This document shows, piece by piece, positions 37,894-48,203 of a DNA stretch of 64,000 nucleotides. Under the pieces are notes generated by a model. The model saw only the letters and a list, made by a program, of their open reading frames with translations, did no database searches and was not told the origin of the DNA. The stretch lies in IMG/VR virus record IMGVR_UViG_3300042486_001633; one strand, 5' to 3'. Origin of the DNA: an uncultured virus (IMG/VR IMGVR_UViG_3300042486_001633). Its lineage: Duplodnaviria > Heunggongvirae > Uroviricota > Caudoviricetes. The position numbers and the translations under genes are program-made. Position 1 is the stretch's first letter. Each line of letters opens with the position of its first letter.

Positions 37894-38179
37894 CAGTAAT
37901 CTCTAGGTTATTTTCCAATTTATATTTTTCCCAGTCTTCTGCATTCATTAGATCTGGAAATCTTTCTCCCTCATTACAAGAAACGTTGACATACATTTTT
38001 CCTGGTGTAGAACAGCCACAATATTTACAGTAGCCCTGTACCATGCAATCATCTTTACAGATTTCAGAACGATATAGCACTTGCTCACGCTCATGTTTTG
38101 GAAGAAGATGCATTTTATCGCCTAGCATTTTTAGGTTGCCTTCAATAAATTGAAAGACCTTTTTTGGTGTAATTTTCAT
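37877..38179 (-). CDS. Hypothetical Cys-rich protein
   Basis: C..C...C..CGC pattern. Confidence 0.75.
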   Translation of the reverse strand: MKITPKKVFQFIEGNLKMLGDKMHLLPKHEREQVLYRSEICKDDCMVQGYCKYCGCSTPGKMYVNVSCNEGERFPDLMNAEDWEKYKLENNLEITGDIFH

Positions 38180-39066
38180 TTTCCTCTAAGTGTTTTTCTT
38201 TTTGCAAGCTCAGATGCGATTACTTCACGTGGTCCATATCCGCCACGAGCAGATTCAACATCACGGATACTCTTTACTAATTTAATGAGTCCTTGCGGTT
38301 CAACTGATGCCATCTGATCGCTACCCCAAAGAGAGCGGTCTAGCGTAATATGTCGTTCTACCCAAGTTGCACCTAATATTGTAGCAGCAACGGTAGTCGT
38401 AAGACCAAATTCATGGCCAGAATAACCGACTTCAAATTTCTTTTCAAAATCATTACCTCTATTAATATGTGATAAGTATGTAATATAGTCTAGGTTTAAT
38501 TCTTCAATTGGCGATGGATATGTTGAATTAGTATGGAACACAACATCAGGTCGACCTGCTGCAATGGCAAGATCAATTTCTTCTTGCGTGCTCATTCCAG
38601 TAGAAATTAGCAAAAAGTCAGAATTCTCTCTAGCATACTCTACTAAAGTTAGGTCATTAATTAAAGCTGAAGGTATTTTAGTCATAACTCCCCATTTACC
38701 ATTAGGTAGCATTGTTTCAAAACCTCGCATAAAATCAACTGCACCCTTATCCCAAACTGAAGCAAACCACTTCATTCCTTTAGAATCACAATACTTGTCA
38801 ATTTCTGTGTATGCTTCCTTTTCAAATTCAATATCAAGTTTATACTGAAAGTATGTGGTTTCCTCTTTTCTCCAAGGAACGTTCTTTGCTTTTAATCTCT
38901 CAGCTTGAGGTACACATAGCTCTGGAGTTCTTTTTTGAAACTTAACATAGTCGACGCCAGCGATAGACGCAACATCGATAAGTTTCATAGTATGGGATAA
39001 AAACGTTTCGATGGTTGTGCCATATGCATAATTTATTCCAATTTCAGCAATAATTTTAGTTTTCAT
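38176..39066 (-). CDS. neuB: N-acylneuraminate(-9-phosphate) synthase family
   Basis: IIAEIGIN, VKFQKR, KIPSA, STGMS, STYP, GYSGHE, ERHITLDR, GSD..AS. Confidence 0.92.
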   Translation of the reverse strand: MKTKIIAEIGINYAYGTTIETFLSHTMKLIDVASIAGVDYVKFQKRTPELCVPQAERLKAKNVPWRKEETTYFQYKLDIEFEKEAYTEIDKYCDSKGMKWFASVWDKGAVDFMRGFETMLPNGKWGVMTKIPSALINDLTLVEYARENSDFLLISTGMSTQEEIDLAIAAGRPDVVFHTNSTYPSPIEELNLDYITYLSHINRGNDFEKKFEVGYSGHEFGLTTTVAATILGATWVERHITLDRSLWGSDQMASVEPQGLIKLVKSIRDVESARGGYGPREVIASELAKRKTLRGK

Positions 39067-39075
39067 TTAATTTAA

Positions 39076-39783
39076 TTATTTTTTCGAATACTGTTCCTCA
39101 TCATGATAACAAGTAAATTCATTTATATAATAACTTTTTAGATTATTTTCTTTGATAAAGTCCCTAGATCTTTCCCACAAGTCAGCATCGCCAGGTAGCC
39201 CAACATTTCCAGTCTCGGCATAAAGATCTCTATACAGTAGAGGAATTTTTTTAAAATTCATACACACTGACGAGTGAATTAATTTACTGGATATCGGATA
39301 ACCTTCAACAAATTTGGATTGAGAATAGAAATCTGGTAAGATTCGAGTTGGTGTAATATATGTAGATTTAGTACACATCCAGTCTGCGCCAGTTCTAATT
39401 ATACAATTATTAATTTCAGCCAAGTGATTTGGTTTCCAATGGTCATCATGGTCAAGGTGACAAATATACTGAAATCCCTCTGCTTGTGCTGCTTTAATTG
39501 AATGATTAATTGCGTTAGTTCCTCCATATGACCATACTGCTTTTTTATCAGTGTAATTATCTCGTTCCTTTGCAACATTAAGATTTTCAAAATGTAATTT
39601 ATCAGATGGGTACTGAGAAACAATATCATTAATTTCAGAAGAATTTTCGTACTTATCACCAATTAAGAATATTTTAAAATCAGAGTACGTCTGATTAAAG
39701 ATTGAGTCAAGCGATCTCTTTAAATAAAATGGAGTCGTATTGTCTGCACGTTGATAGGTCGCAATTTTAATAGCTAATTTCAT
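39076..39783 (-). CDS. Glycosyltransferase family 2
   Basis: ATY.R, SIFNQTY, LIGD, HLDHDD.W..NHL. Confidence 0.85.
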   Translation of the reverse strand: MKLAIKIATYQRADNTTPFYLKRSLDSIFNQTYSDFKIFLIGDKYENSSEINDIVSQYPSDKLHFENLNVAKERDNYTDKKAVWSYGGTNAINHSIKAAQAEGFQYICHLDHDDHWKPNHLAEINNCIIRTGADWMCTKSTYITPTRILPDFYSQSKFVEGYPISSKLIHSSVCMNFKKIPLLYRDLYAETGNVGLPGDADLWERSRDFIKENNLKSYYINEFTCYHDEEQYSKK

Positions 39784-39796
39784 AAGTTGTTATTTA

Positions 39797-40543
39797 TTAA
39801 AATAATTTAGTGTTTGATATGTATTCCGGTAACAGCTTCAAAGACGGTAGAAGTTTGGAGATGGCCTTATCAATATCGGTCTTATCTTCTGTTGAGTACC
39901 TAAATGAGACGTTTTTGTAAATTTTATTTGTTCTTTTATTATTTTCTAACATACTACCTTGACAACATCTACCAATATCAATTATAAAAATATCATCAGA
40001 TATTTTATTTGAGTTTTTATTGTGTCTACCTGGAGACCAGGTGTAATTTTTATTTAAGATACATGTTTTTGAATGCCATGTATTATCAAATATACAATAT
40101 TTGCGTTGACTTAAAATCTTATCATTAGAGTCTAAATATTTTTCATCTGAATTTGGTATTATTACAACACCTAATGGTGTTATGTAATCTTTAATGTTAT
40201 TTAATATGTAATTTCGTAAGTCGTGGTGGTATATGATTTCATCAATATCCACATATACGACAATAAAATTATTATTTAAAAAACGGTTAGCGACCTCATT
40301 TTGTTTATCTAAAATATCGGTAGTTGTACCAAAATATTTGTTTGATACTTTTTCAAAAGAACTACTAACAAATTTTTTATGTAAAAGGTAGTCACGTATT
40401 AGGTCAAATTCTGAATCTAATATTAAAAAATGAAATTCATCTAAATTAAAAAATTTTAAATAATAAGTAATAAACGTATCTGATAGTATGTTGATTCTAT
40501 CAATATATGTAATAACTTTAAATTTTTTTTTATTATTGGCCAT
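39797..40543 (-). CDS. GT-A fold glycosyltransferase-like
   Basis: YVDIDE, K, W.PGRH. Confidence 0.65.
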   Translation of the reverse strand: MANNKKKFKVITYIDRINILSDTFITYYLKFFNLDEFHFLILDSEFDLIRDYLLHKKFVSSSFEKVSNKYFGTTTDILDKQNEVANRFLNNNFIVVYVDIDEIIYHHDLRNYILNNIKDYITPLGVVIIPNSDEKYLDSNDKILSQRKYCIFDNTWHSKTCILNKNYTWSPGRHNKNSNKISDDIFIIDIGRCCQGSMLENNKRTNKIYKNVSFRYSTEDKTDIDKAISKLLPSLKLLPEYISNTKLF

Positions 40544-41075
40544 ATTTTTTAGCTATTAAAGTATATTGTATTGGCATTAAATCCCTATCGGAATCATCTA
40601 ATGACTCAAGTGTTAATATTTCAAAATCTTTAAATAATACGTTAAGACCATAGATTGTAAATCTCCAGTTGTCTGGTAATGGACCGTGGATTCTAAAATT
40701 AAACGGTGTTGATATTGCAACAACGCCACCAATTTTTAACATTCGTCTTAATTCACTTACCACAAAAAATGGGTCATTAACGTGTTCTAAAACTTCAGTA
40801 CAAACAATTAAATCAAATGTTTCGTCTTTAATTGTATCCTTATTATTTTCACATAGGTCCAAAATATAATCAGCACCAGAATTAGGGTCAATGTCTAATG
40901 TCTTAATTGTTGAGTGTTTAAAAAACTCTTTAGTACCCATATGTATTTCAGGCGCTATGTCCATAATTAATGTGTCTTTTGAGTCGTATTTTTCAGACAA
41001 CCTATTTATAAAATTTTTTATGTTTTCACGTATTTTTACGTAATTTTTTTTGTCTATTTCACTTATTATTTTCAT
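40533..41075 (-). CDS. SAM-dependent methyltransferase
   Basis: FDLIVCTEVLEHV.DP, LK.GG, HG..PD.WRFT. Confidence 0.9.
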   Translation of the reverse strand: MKIISEIDKKNYVKIRENIKNFINRLSEKYDSKDTLIMDIAPEIHMGTKEFFKHSTIKTLDIDPNSGADYILDLCENNKDTIKDETFDLIVCTEVLEHVNDPFFVVSELRRMLKIGGVVAISTPFNFRIHGPLPDNWRFTIYGLNVLFKDFEILTLESLDDSDRDLMPIQYTLIAKKYGQ

Positions 41076-41847
41076 AATTTTTAATTTTTTTTATTCTTGA
41101 ATTAATGAACAATGTGTCTACTTGGAATGTGTGGTCTTCTTTTCTACCAACCCAAAAGTCAGTCTCCCACTCACCACAAATCAGTTGTGAACCAGATGGG
41201 TCATCACTTGGCTGAATTATTATGTCTAACATAACTCTATCTATATCGGAATTGTTTTCTCCAGATTCGTGCCATAAACATGAGTTCATAATAACAACAT
41301 CTCCAGCTTTAATGTTTGGGGTTATTTTTTGCCACGGATGAAATTTACTTTTATCAATTTCACCAGCGTCACCTAAAAAACCATACTGATGTGTACCAGG
41401 ATAAAATGATAATGTACCGTGATTTTCTTCATAATCAAATAATGGAATAAATAAATTTGATTTGATTGGAAATCCCATATGATAACAATAATCCTGATGT
41501 AAAAAAACTTTAGAATCACTTTTCCTATCTTTTATTAAGATTCGGCTATGATATAAAGCGACATTGTCACCGTATATTATATTAGATAATTCTTTAATAT
41601 ATTCACTATTCCAGAAATTTAGTAGTTTATTAGGTAATTTGTCTTTAAAGTTAACCGAATTAGCGTTATCCACATTCCTACCACCAGATTTAAGTATCGT
41701 ATCATAATAAGACACCCAAATATTTTGTAGTTCTTTAATTTTATCCCTATCAATAAAGTTTTCAATTATAAAAACCCCAGATTTATTATAAATTTCTTTA
41801 TTAAACAAAGTATGTCTAATATTTAAAGGAACTTTTGTCGTTTTCAT
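41059..41847 (-). CDS. PhyH-family 2OG-Fe(II) dioxygenase
   Basis: HQD, PGTH, AGDV, WH.SG.N.S..R. Confidence 0.85.
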   Translation of the reverse strand: MKTTKVPLNIRHTLFNKEIYNKSGVFIIENFIDRDKIKELQNIWVSYYDTILKSGGRNVDNANSVNFKDKLPNKLLNFWNSEYIKELSNIIYGDNVALYHSRILIKDRKSDSKVFLHQDYCYHMGFPIKSNLFIPLFDYEENHGTLSFYPGTHQYGFLGDAGEIDKSKFHPWQKITPNIKAGDVVIMNSCLWHESGENNSDIDRVMLDIIIQPSDDPSGSQLICGEWETDFWVGRKEDHTFQVDTLFINSRIKKIKNYENNK

Positions 41848-41849
41848 AA

Positions 41850-42449
41850 TTAGTTAAGTTTTTTAACTGGAACCCCAATATAAGTTCCGGACTCCTCAAT
41901 ATTTTTAACCACAGCGGCATTTGACCCAATAGTTACTAAACTATGTATAGATAATTTTTCCTTAATAGAGGCGTTAGTACCAATATATACACAGTCATAT
42001 ATTTTACAATTACCGGAAACTTTAGCTCCTGGTGCGGTAGTAAAATAGTTACCAATCTCACAATCATGACCAATTGTTGTTTGTAAATTTAGATGAGTAT
42101 GCTTTCCTAATTTAACATTTGTGGTTATAATTGTCCCGGCGCATATAATGCTTCCCTCCCCAATGCGAACATTAGGATCTAAAATCTGTACAGATGAATT
42201 TATATGGGTAAAATATTTTGTTTCTTTTGGTAATTTTTGAACTATATCAAATCTTGTCCTTGGGTCCCCAATAGCCACAATAACTTCGTATTCCGTTGGG
42301 TCAAATTTAGATAATGGAAGTATTAAAGGATCACCCTCATTATAATAAAAATCATCTACAAAAAATTTAACAGTAACTCGTTCTATTAAAGTTAAACTCC
42401 AATAAACTTCTCTGGCAAACCCACCGGCGCCTATAATAGCTTTTTTCAT
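41850..42449 (-). CDS. NeuD/PglD-like hexapeptide acetyltransferase
   Basis: IIGAGGFARE, AIGDP..R, IGHD, hexapeptide repeats. Confidence 0.9.
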   Translation of the reverse strand: MKKAIIGAGGFAREVYWSLTLIERVTVKFFVDDFYYNEGDPLILPLSKFDPTEYEVIVAIGDPRTRFDIVQKLPKETKYFTHINSSVQILDPNVRIGEGSIICAGTIITTNVKLGKHTHLNLQTTIGHDCEIGNYFTTAPGAKVSGNCKIYDCVYIGTNASIKEKLSIHSLVTIGSNAAVVKNIEESGTYIGVPVKKLN

Positions 42450-43078
42450 CAGTTTTTATAAATTTTAAATTTTGAAAGATCTGGATACGGTAATTCCAAA
42501 TCAGCATTTTTCTTTTTAGTACCATCAGTATTATAGAATTGGTTCATTAATAGAAGACCACGAGCAGCTAGCTCAGGCATCATATAAAAATTCCATCCTA
42601 ACATATCAAAATTATCATCATGATATGAACACTCACGGCGACCGCTATATCGAGCTCGTTTAAACCATAAGTATGCATCATGGTTATCAGTTAAGATAGC
42701 ACCGCCTTTACTTAATTTAAAGTGTTTATATGGACCAGTAAATGAGATACACATATGGGTTCCAGGTTTATACATATCTGCAGTAAAGCTTAATGCTGAA
42801 TCCCAAACATTACTTGGAGCCAATTGATATGCACCTTTAATTGTTCTTCCTTCGACTGGTGTAAAATTTACTTTAGCTCCAGCATGGATAATTTCACAAG
42901 GAACCGAAGGATATGTTCTTGCAGGTATAGTGATCTCCATACCTTCTACTTTTTCGTACATTAGAGCTAAAAAAAGAGCATTACTTTGGTTATCGACTGT
43001 TACTACATATGGGGCTCCAGTATAGTCACCTAATGCTTTTTCAAAGTCTTCTGTTATTTTATAAATTCCATTTGCCAT
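42449..43078 (-). CDS. DegT/DnrJ-family aminotransferase (short form)
   Basis: FE..L..Y.G, AL.LAL, P..TY.S, DSA, SF...K, GGAILTD. Confidence 0.85.
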   Translation of the reverse strand: MANGIYKITEDFEKALGDYTGAPYVVTVDNQSNALFLALMYEKVEGMEITIPARTYPSVPCEIIHAGAKVNFTPVEGRTIKGAYQLAPSNVWDSALSFTADMYKPGTHMCISFTGPYKHFKLSKGGAILTDNHDAYLWFKRARYSGRRECSYHDDNFDMLGWNFYMMPELAARGLLLMNQFYNTDGTKKKNADLELPYPDLSKFKIYKN

Positions 43079-43093
43079 TTTATTCTATTTTTT

Positions 43094-43783
43094 TTATAAA
43101 TTCCATTTATTTTTAAAAATTACTTCCTGATCTCTAGTGAGACGCTGACGTTCCTCTCGATTAACAGTATTTAACGTTGCGCTTTCAATATGGTCTACTC
43201 TAGATGTTGTGATCAACGCATGTTGTATTTTTGCATTTTGTAAAGTCATCGAATAGTCATTATCACAATACCAAAAAATAAAACGTTCATCGAGTTTACC
43301 GATTATATCATATATTTTCCTTTTTTGAAAAATACACCAGCCTGCAAGATATCTGCGAATATCATAACCTAATTGTACATGAGGGATATTTTCTATTTTA
43401 AATTTAGTTAAATGTGGGTTATTTGAGATAGGTGATGCTGATGATAATGAATTTTTTTCCATTTCAAATATTAAATTAGACGCCCAATTTTTATGAAAAA
43501 TAAGATCATTATTGCACAAACAAACATATTCTGATTCTCCCATAGATATGCCAATATTTAGATATTTATGATAACCGAAAGTTTCACGCGGATGTATAAG
43601 TTTAATATTAAATCTATTTAAAAGATTTGTAAATCGCTCATTTTTATTTGACTCAACAATAAAAGTATTAAACTTTATAGTTTTTTCAGAAGAATATAGT
43701 GAGAGTATACAATCTTCTGTTAATTTTCTAGCGCTACTTGTATTAGCGTTGCTTATAATTATAATATCTACTTCTTTTCCCAT
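43094..43783 (-). CDS. Glycosyltransferase family 2
   Basis: LN.G, LCNND, LDE.F.FW..D.DY. Confidence 0.85.
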   Translation of the reverse strand: MGKEVDIIIISNANTSSARKLTEDCILSLYSSEKTIKFNTFIVESNKNERFTNLLNRFNIKLIHPRETFGYHKYLNIGISMGESEYVCLCNNDLIFHKNWASNLIFEMEKNSLSSASPISNNPHLTKFKIENIPHVQLGYDIRRYLAGWCIFQKRKIYDIIGKLDERFIFWYCDNDYSMTLQNAKIQHALITTSRVDHIESATLNTVNREERQRLTRDQEVIFKNKWNL

Positions 43784-44436
43784 GTTGTAAAATTACTAGT
43801 TCCTCCATTATTTCGAATAAGTCCTAAATTATTTCTCCAAGCTCTACCAGTATCACGAACTATTATTTTTTCCGGACTTGGAATAGAATATTCTGGAAAA
43901 TTAAGCATCGGTTTCATTAGATCCGCTGGAAGCTGTCGGCGTATTTGTTGTTCAGGACACATATCTGGAGAAAGATATGAAGCAGCACGTCTTGCCCAAT
44001 CTCCTTTAAGAATACATGGAGATAATCTCAATCTAAATGGGTCTTTTGCAAAAACATATGCGTTTAAACTGACTCCAATTGCCTCTGGATTTTTAGAAAG
44101 TAGTGTCATTAAATCGGATATTTTAATAGAAGAATTAAGGCTCCAATCATCTTCAAGATTAAAAATATAGTCAGTTTTAGTATTTTGCCATACCCATTTT
44201 AATGCATTTGGAAAATTTGGAGTATTTGGAAAATTATATGTAACTTTTCCAAAGTATTTTTCAGCAACGCTAATTACCTTATTCCTATCTATTAAATTAT
44301 TAATAGGCATCGGGTCAACATTAATAATAAGTTCACAGCTTTTAAAATCTATATCAAGTATTTGCTTAGAAAAACTTAAGTATGTCTGTTCAATTAAACT
44401 AGGCCGAAGTGTTGCAGTAGTGGTAAATGTAATCAT
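43768..44436 (-). CDS. GT-A fold glycosyltransferase
   Basis: RP.L...T..SF, NVD, FNLEDDW. Confidence 0.7.
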   Translation of the reverse strand: MITFTTTATLRPSLIEQTYLSFSKQILDIDFKSCELIINVDPMPINNLIDRNKVISVAEKYFGKVTYNFPNTPNFPNALKWVWQNTKTDYIFNLEDDWSLNSSIKISDLMTLLSKNPEAIGVSLNAYVFAKDPFRLRLSPCILKGDWARRAASYLSPDMCPEQQIRRQLPADLMKPMLNFPEYSIPSPEKIIVRDTGRAWRNNLGLIRNNGGTSNFTTWEKK

Positions 44437-45849
44437 TTAATATTTATTTTTTTGAAAAACTTCAGGCAATATTTGTTCAAATGTTTGACTTATATAAAAA
44501 TTTTCAAATTTATAATTGTGTGCCGGTGCAATTTCGAGAGAGTCATTTGATCTAAGAACAGAATTCTCACGATTTGCATATCCATTAAAACCAAATAATG
44601 TTAATTTATAATTACTTAAATTTAATTCTTTAATTAAAAGAATTGAGGCTAAGCCAGATGTTGGAATAATCGCAGATTTAATAGCATCTAATATAGTCTT
44701 ACTATTTGGATAATTATAGTTTATGATACGCTTCGATGGATAACTTGAAAGTATTTCATCTACTGCATTTTTCCATGGAGATATAGGTTTGGATAAAATA
44801 ATTAAATAATCAGAATCAAGATCTAAATTAAATCGGGCTTCTCTAAATATACAATGAATATTAGTTTTGGTTCCAGTATGTTTAGGTGAGGTTACATAAC
44901 CATTAAATCTGATAATTATGTCATGTGAATCAATGAGTTCTCCATATTGATAATTAAGAAGTTCTGCTGAATTTGCAACAACTGCTATTTTTTTACCATT
45001 TAGATATTTAAAAAGAGTTTCTCTACCTATAAGTTGAGTTGAGTTAGTAATTTTAGCTAAAGGTTTAGGTGGTTTTGCAACGAACGGTTCAGGCGGTTTT
45101 ACAGCTAACTTAGCGGTTACGCCCTTTTTTTGTTCACGTACTGCAGAATTAAAATTTAAAGGTTTACTCAATTTATGATTAAGTAAATGATTTTGATATA
45201 GCCATACCTGATTGATTTTTCCATATTTAGGATCACTATATGCTACTGTATCATAATCAATAAAACTTGCATTTGCTAATGTTCGAGCAAGTTGCGTATA
45301 CTTTGGATCTGGTACAGTCGATGCTAAAACTCCAAGAGTATCGGTATATTCAACGCTATTAGTTTGAAGTAAACTATTTTTTAGACAGTTTAAATAAGAA
45401 TCAGTTGGTGTTTTATTTAGTGAATCTGTATATGCAGTGTTTGGCGAATCTACATAAACAATTGAATAATTGCCAGCGACCATTATTTTATTTGGTTGTA
45501 AAATAGAAGTTACATCCTTCATAAAAAGACAGCGATTACTAAAAAATAATAATTTACTTGGAGCAAAAGAAAAAATAAAACACCTAAGTTGGTCTTGAAC
45601 ATGGGTTGGTGTTATTTTTAATCTTGATGAAATTGCGACTGCTTGGGAAAATAGTACTATTTCAATATTTTGATAAATTGCTTTTAATTTTTCAAAGTTT
45701 AGACTTGAAAGAGGAAAGTTTGGATGTACAACTAGTGTTATTTTTCCGTTGAACCAGGTGTTGGTTTCAAGGAAACTGTTCACGCTTACTCTAGTGAAGT
45801 GAAACTGTGCATCGCTGGCAATTGTTACTGCATTTATCTTATTTTCCAT
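44437..45849 (-). CDS. Two-domain protein with C-terminal GT29 sialyltransferase-like domain
   Basis: Sialylmotif L-like AVVANS...G..IDSHD.IIRFN...G.KT, S-like PTSG, LFGF, VS-like HNYKFE. Confidence 0.8.
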   Translation of the reverse strand: MENKINAVTIASDAQFHFTRVSVNSFLETNTWFNGKITLVVHPNFPLSSLNFEKLKAIYQNIEIVLFSQAVAISSRLKITPTHVQDQLRCFIFSFAPSKLLFFSNRCLFMKDVTSILQPNKIMVAGNYSIVYVDSPNTAYTDSLNKTPTDSYLNCLKNSLLQTNSVEYTDTLGVLASTVPDPKYTQLARTLANASFIDYDTVAYSDPKYGKINQVWLYQNHLLNHKLSKPLNFNSAVREQKKGVTAKLAVKPPEPFVAKPPKPLAKITNSTQLIGRETLFKYLNGKKIAVVANSAELLNYQYGELIDSHDIIIRFNGYVTSPKHTGTKTNIHCIFREARFNLDLDSDYLIILSKPISPWKNAVDEILSSYPSKRIINYNYPNSKTILDAIKSAIIPTSGLASILLIKELNLSNYKLTLFGFNGYANRENSVLRSNDSLEIAPAHNYKFENFYISQTFEQILPEVFQKNKY

Positions 45850-46486
45850 CGAATTTATCTAAATCTTTTTGTGTATCAACATCAACTACTTCCGGAATTT
45901 CATAAAATATAGTAGAGTCGCAATATAAGTTCCTGTTTAATTTATATATTGCGCTGGACTTAAAAATACAGAGATAATGACTTATTTCGAAGCATTTTGG
46001 GTAGTCCTGGCGCCTATATAGATCATGGGGTGTAAGCTGGGTACCAAATATTCCATTTGACCCAAGTTCCTGTAAACAAAGATATGGGTGAGTCTGGGTC
46101 TCCTTCTTACATAAGAGGGAATCAGTTATTCCGAGCTTATAGTAATCTAAAAAGAACGTTAATGCCCTACCGATGTCCTCCCAAGTACGTTCAGGATAGG
46201 TTAAGTACAACATTACTATAATATCATCTGGTGTAGAGTCAATTTCGGTTAGGGCATGTAATAAGACTTCACGAGTAGAAGTAGTGTCCCTTCCAAGGGA
46301 GTCAGGTCGTCTAATTAGATTAAACCCATGGTCATTGGCTAGGGTTGCAACAATCGGATCGTCGGTAGTTACCCAAACTGATTTTTTATATTCTTCTGGA
46401 ATAATATTTGCAGTATGCTTAAAAAGAGTACGATTTTTAAAAGGAAGTCCCTTTGATCCTAGTCGGGCTGGAATTATTATTTTCAT
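45839..46486 (-). CDS. neuA: CMP-N-acylneuraminate cytidylyltransferase
   Basis: IIPAR.GSKG.P.KN, TTDD, RP..L..D, RRQD, DVDT..D. Confidence 0.9.
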   Translation of the reverse strand: MKIIIPARLGSKGLPFKNRTLFKHTANIIPEEYKKSVWVTTDDPIVATLANDHGFNLIRRPDSLGRDTTSTREVLLHALTEIDSTPDDIIVMLYLTYPERTWEDIGRALTFFLDYYKLGITDSLLCKKETQTHPYLCLQELGSNGIFGTQLTPHDLYRRQDYPKCFEISHYLCIFKSSAIYKLNRNLYCDSTIFYEIPEVVDVDTQKDLDKFDGK

Positions 46487-47133
46487 AGTTTATCGAATGC
46501 CTCGATAGATATTTTTGGAAGATCAACTCTACTTGTAGCGCTAAGATTATATAACCCTACTCCTCTTTTTTCAAGAGCTATTCGATAACTATTGTATGCT
46601 GAGTTAACTTTTGGTAAATTCCTGATCTTAATAATTTGGTGCTGTCCATCCTTTGGATTGTAAAAATGTCCGTCTGTAAAATCAACTCCAATTAAGCCAA
46701 TATTCTTTGCGCCCATTTTATAGGCAAGTCCAATTGCAGTATATGGAGAATTTTGAAAATGGTCAAGATGGTTGGGCTTATCTAAACTTGAAATAGAGGT
46801 TGTACCTAATTCAAAATGAGCAATATTTTTGTGTCTCCAACCAGCAACACAGGTAAAGAGACACTTTGCAGTTGACTCATTGACTAGTTTACGACGAGAA
46901 TCAGTAAATCTCTGCGGAACATCAGTTACTAACAGATAAGTTGGCTGAAACAGTGCAGGCACGTCGTTTACACCTATTGTGATATATTTTGAATAAATAT
47001 TCTTAAGCTGTAAAAGAGAAGTACCGCATCCGCACACAATAATCTTCGAATCGGGATGAATCCCAACAAATTCGCTCATATTTTTTAGTAGTGCTGACAT
47101 TCGAGTAGAACTTTTTCTTTTTTTGTTATACAA
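46483..47133 (-). CDS. Maf/MptE-like putative nonulosonate transferase
   Basis: VCGCG.SL, IGVND, MGAK.I.LIGVD, HFY; true start likely ATG near 47100 or 47079. Confidence 0.65.
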   Translation of the reverse strand: MYNKKRKSSTRMSALLKNMSEFVGIHPDSKIIVCGCGTSLLQLKNIYSKYITIGVNDVPALFQPTYLLVTDVPQRFTDSRRKLVNESTAKCLFTCVAGWRHKNIAHFELGTTSISSLDKPNHLDHFQNSPYTAIGLAYKMGAKNIGLIGVDFTDGHFYNPKDGQHQIIKIRNLPKVNSAYNSYRIALEKRGVGLYNLSATSRVDLPKISIEAFDKL

Positions 47134-47170
47134 TATAGAAGACTAAAAGTTTAGAAAAAACCGATAAAAA

Positions 47171-48145
47171 ATGGATTATTATGCAATATTAGGAGTTCCA
47201 AGGAGCGCAACCGATACTGAAATTAAAAAAGAGTATCGCAAATTGGCATTAAAATATCATCCAGATAAAAATGCCGGTGATAAAGTGGCAGAGGAACAGT
47301 TTAAAAAGATTGCAGAGGCGTATGGGGTATTGGGAGATCCGGAAAAAAGGAGAAAATACGATGCACCACATAGTGCCGGCTCATTTAGCTTTGACGATTT
47401 TGTTAATGGGTTTGGCAGTCAAGGATTTAGAGAAAGACAGACACAATCTAGTGGTCGTGCCAGATCAACCCAACATAGAACACACGCGCCTCCGCCAGCA
47501 ACTGAATATTTGGATATTAAAGTATCGTCTACTGTAACTTTAGCAGAGGCAGCTCAGGGTAAAAAGATTGAACTTAACTTTTCAAGAAAAAAGATTAATT
47601 ATACTGGCCGAGCAAATGACCTAATTACCTTCGTAAAAGAGGATGAGGAGAAGGAAATTACAATTCAATTAAATTTAAAAAAGACATATCTTCAAATAAA
47701 GAAAGAGGGCAATCGATATCTTTCAAAAGTAAGAGCTGGCAAGCTTGGACATGAGGATGTTTACTCTAGAACAAATATTTGGGGTGATCTTGAACAGTTA
47801 CCTCTATTTGGAGATCTCTATGTGGAAATTGAAATTATCGTACCAGATAATATAACACTAGAAGGCAATAATATTGTGCAAAGAGTAGATATTCCACTAT
47901 ATAAAGTTATTACAAAAGGAGAAAAAATACGTATAGAAACTATTTTTGATAAGAAGTACGATGGTGAAATAAACCAGCCTCAAACGCTTACTGATTTAAA
48001 ATTTATTTTATCGTCTGAGGGTATAATTGACGAAAAAGGAAAGGTTGGCGACTATGTAATAAAGTTCGATATCCTTACACCTGATTTAACTAAGCTAAAC
48101 AAAGAAGAAAAAGCTGCTTTCCTATCCTATTTGAGTACCATTTGA
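47171..48145 (+). CDS. dnaJ: DnaJ-family co-chaperone without zinc finger
   Basis: DYY.ILGV, YHPDKN, F..I.EAY.VL.D..KR..YD; C-terminal GDLYV. Confidence 0.9.
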   Translation: MDYYAILGVPRSATDTEIKKEYRKLALKYHPDKNAGDKVAEEQFKKIAEAYGVLGDPEKRRKYDAPHSAGSFSFDDFVNGFGSQGFRERQTQSSGRARSTQHRTHAPPPATEYLDIKVSSTVTLAEAAQGKKIELNFSRKKINYTGRANDLITFVKEDEEKEITIQLNLKKTYLQIKKEGNRYLSKVRAGKLGHEDVYSRTNIWGDLEQLPLFGDLYVEIEIIVPDNITLEGNNIVQRVDIPLYKVITKGEKIRIETIFDKKYDGEINQPQTLTDLKFILSSEGIIDEKGKVGDYVIKFDILTPDLTKLNKEEKAAFLSYLSTI

Positions 48146-48203
48146 TAGTACACCATGAATTTTTTTACAAAAGCCTTAATAAATAATAAAAAAATTTAAG
48201 GCT

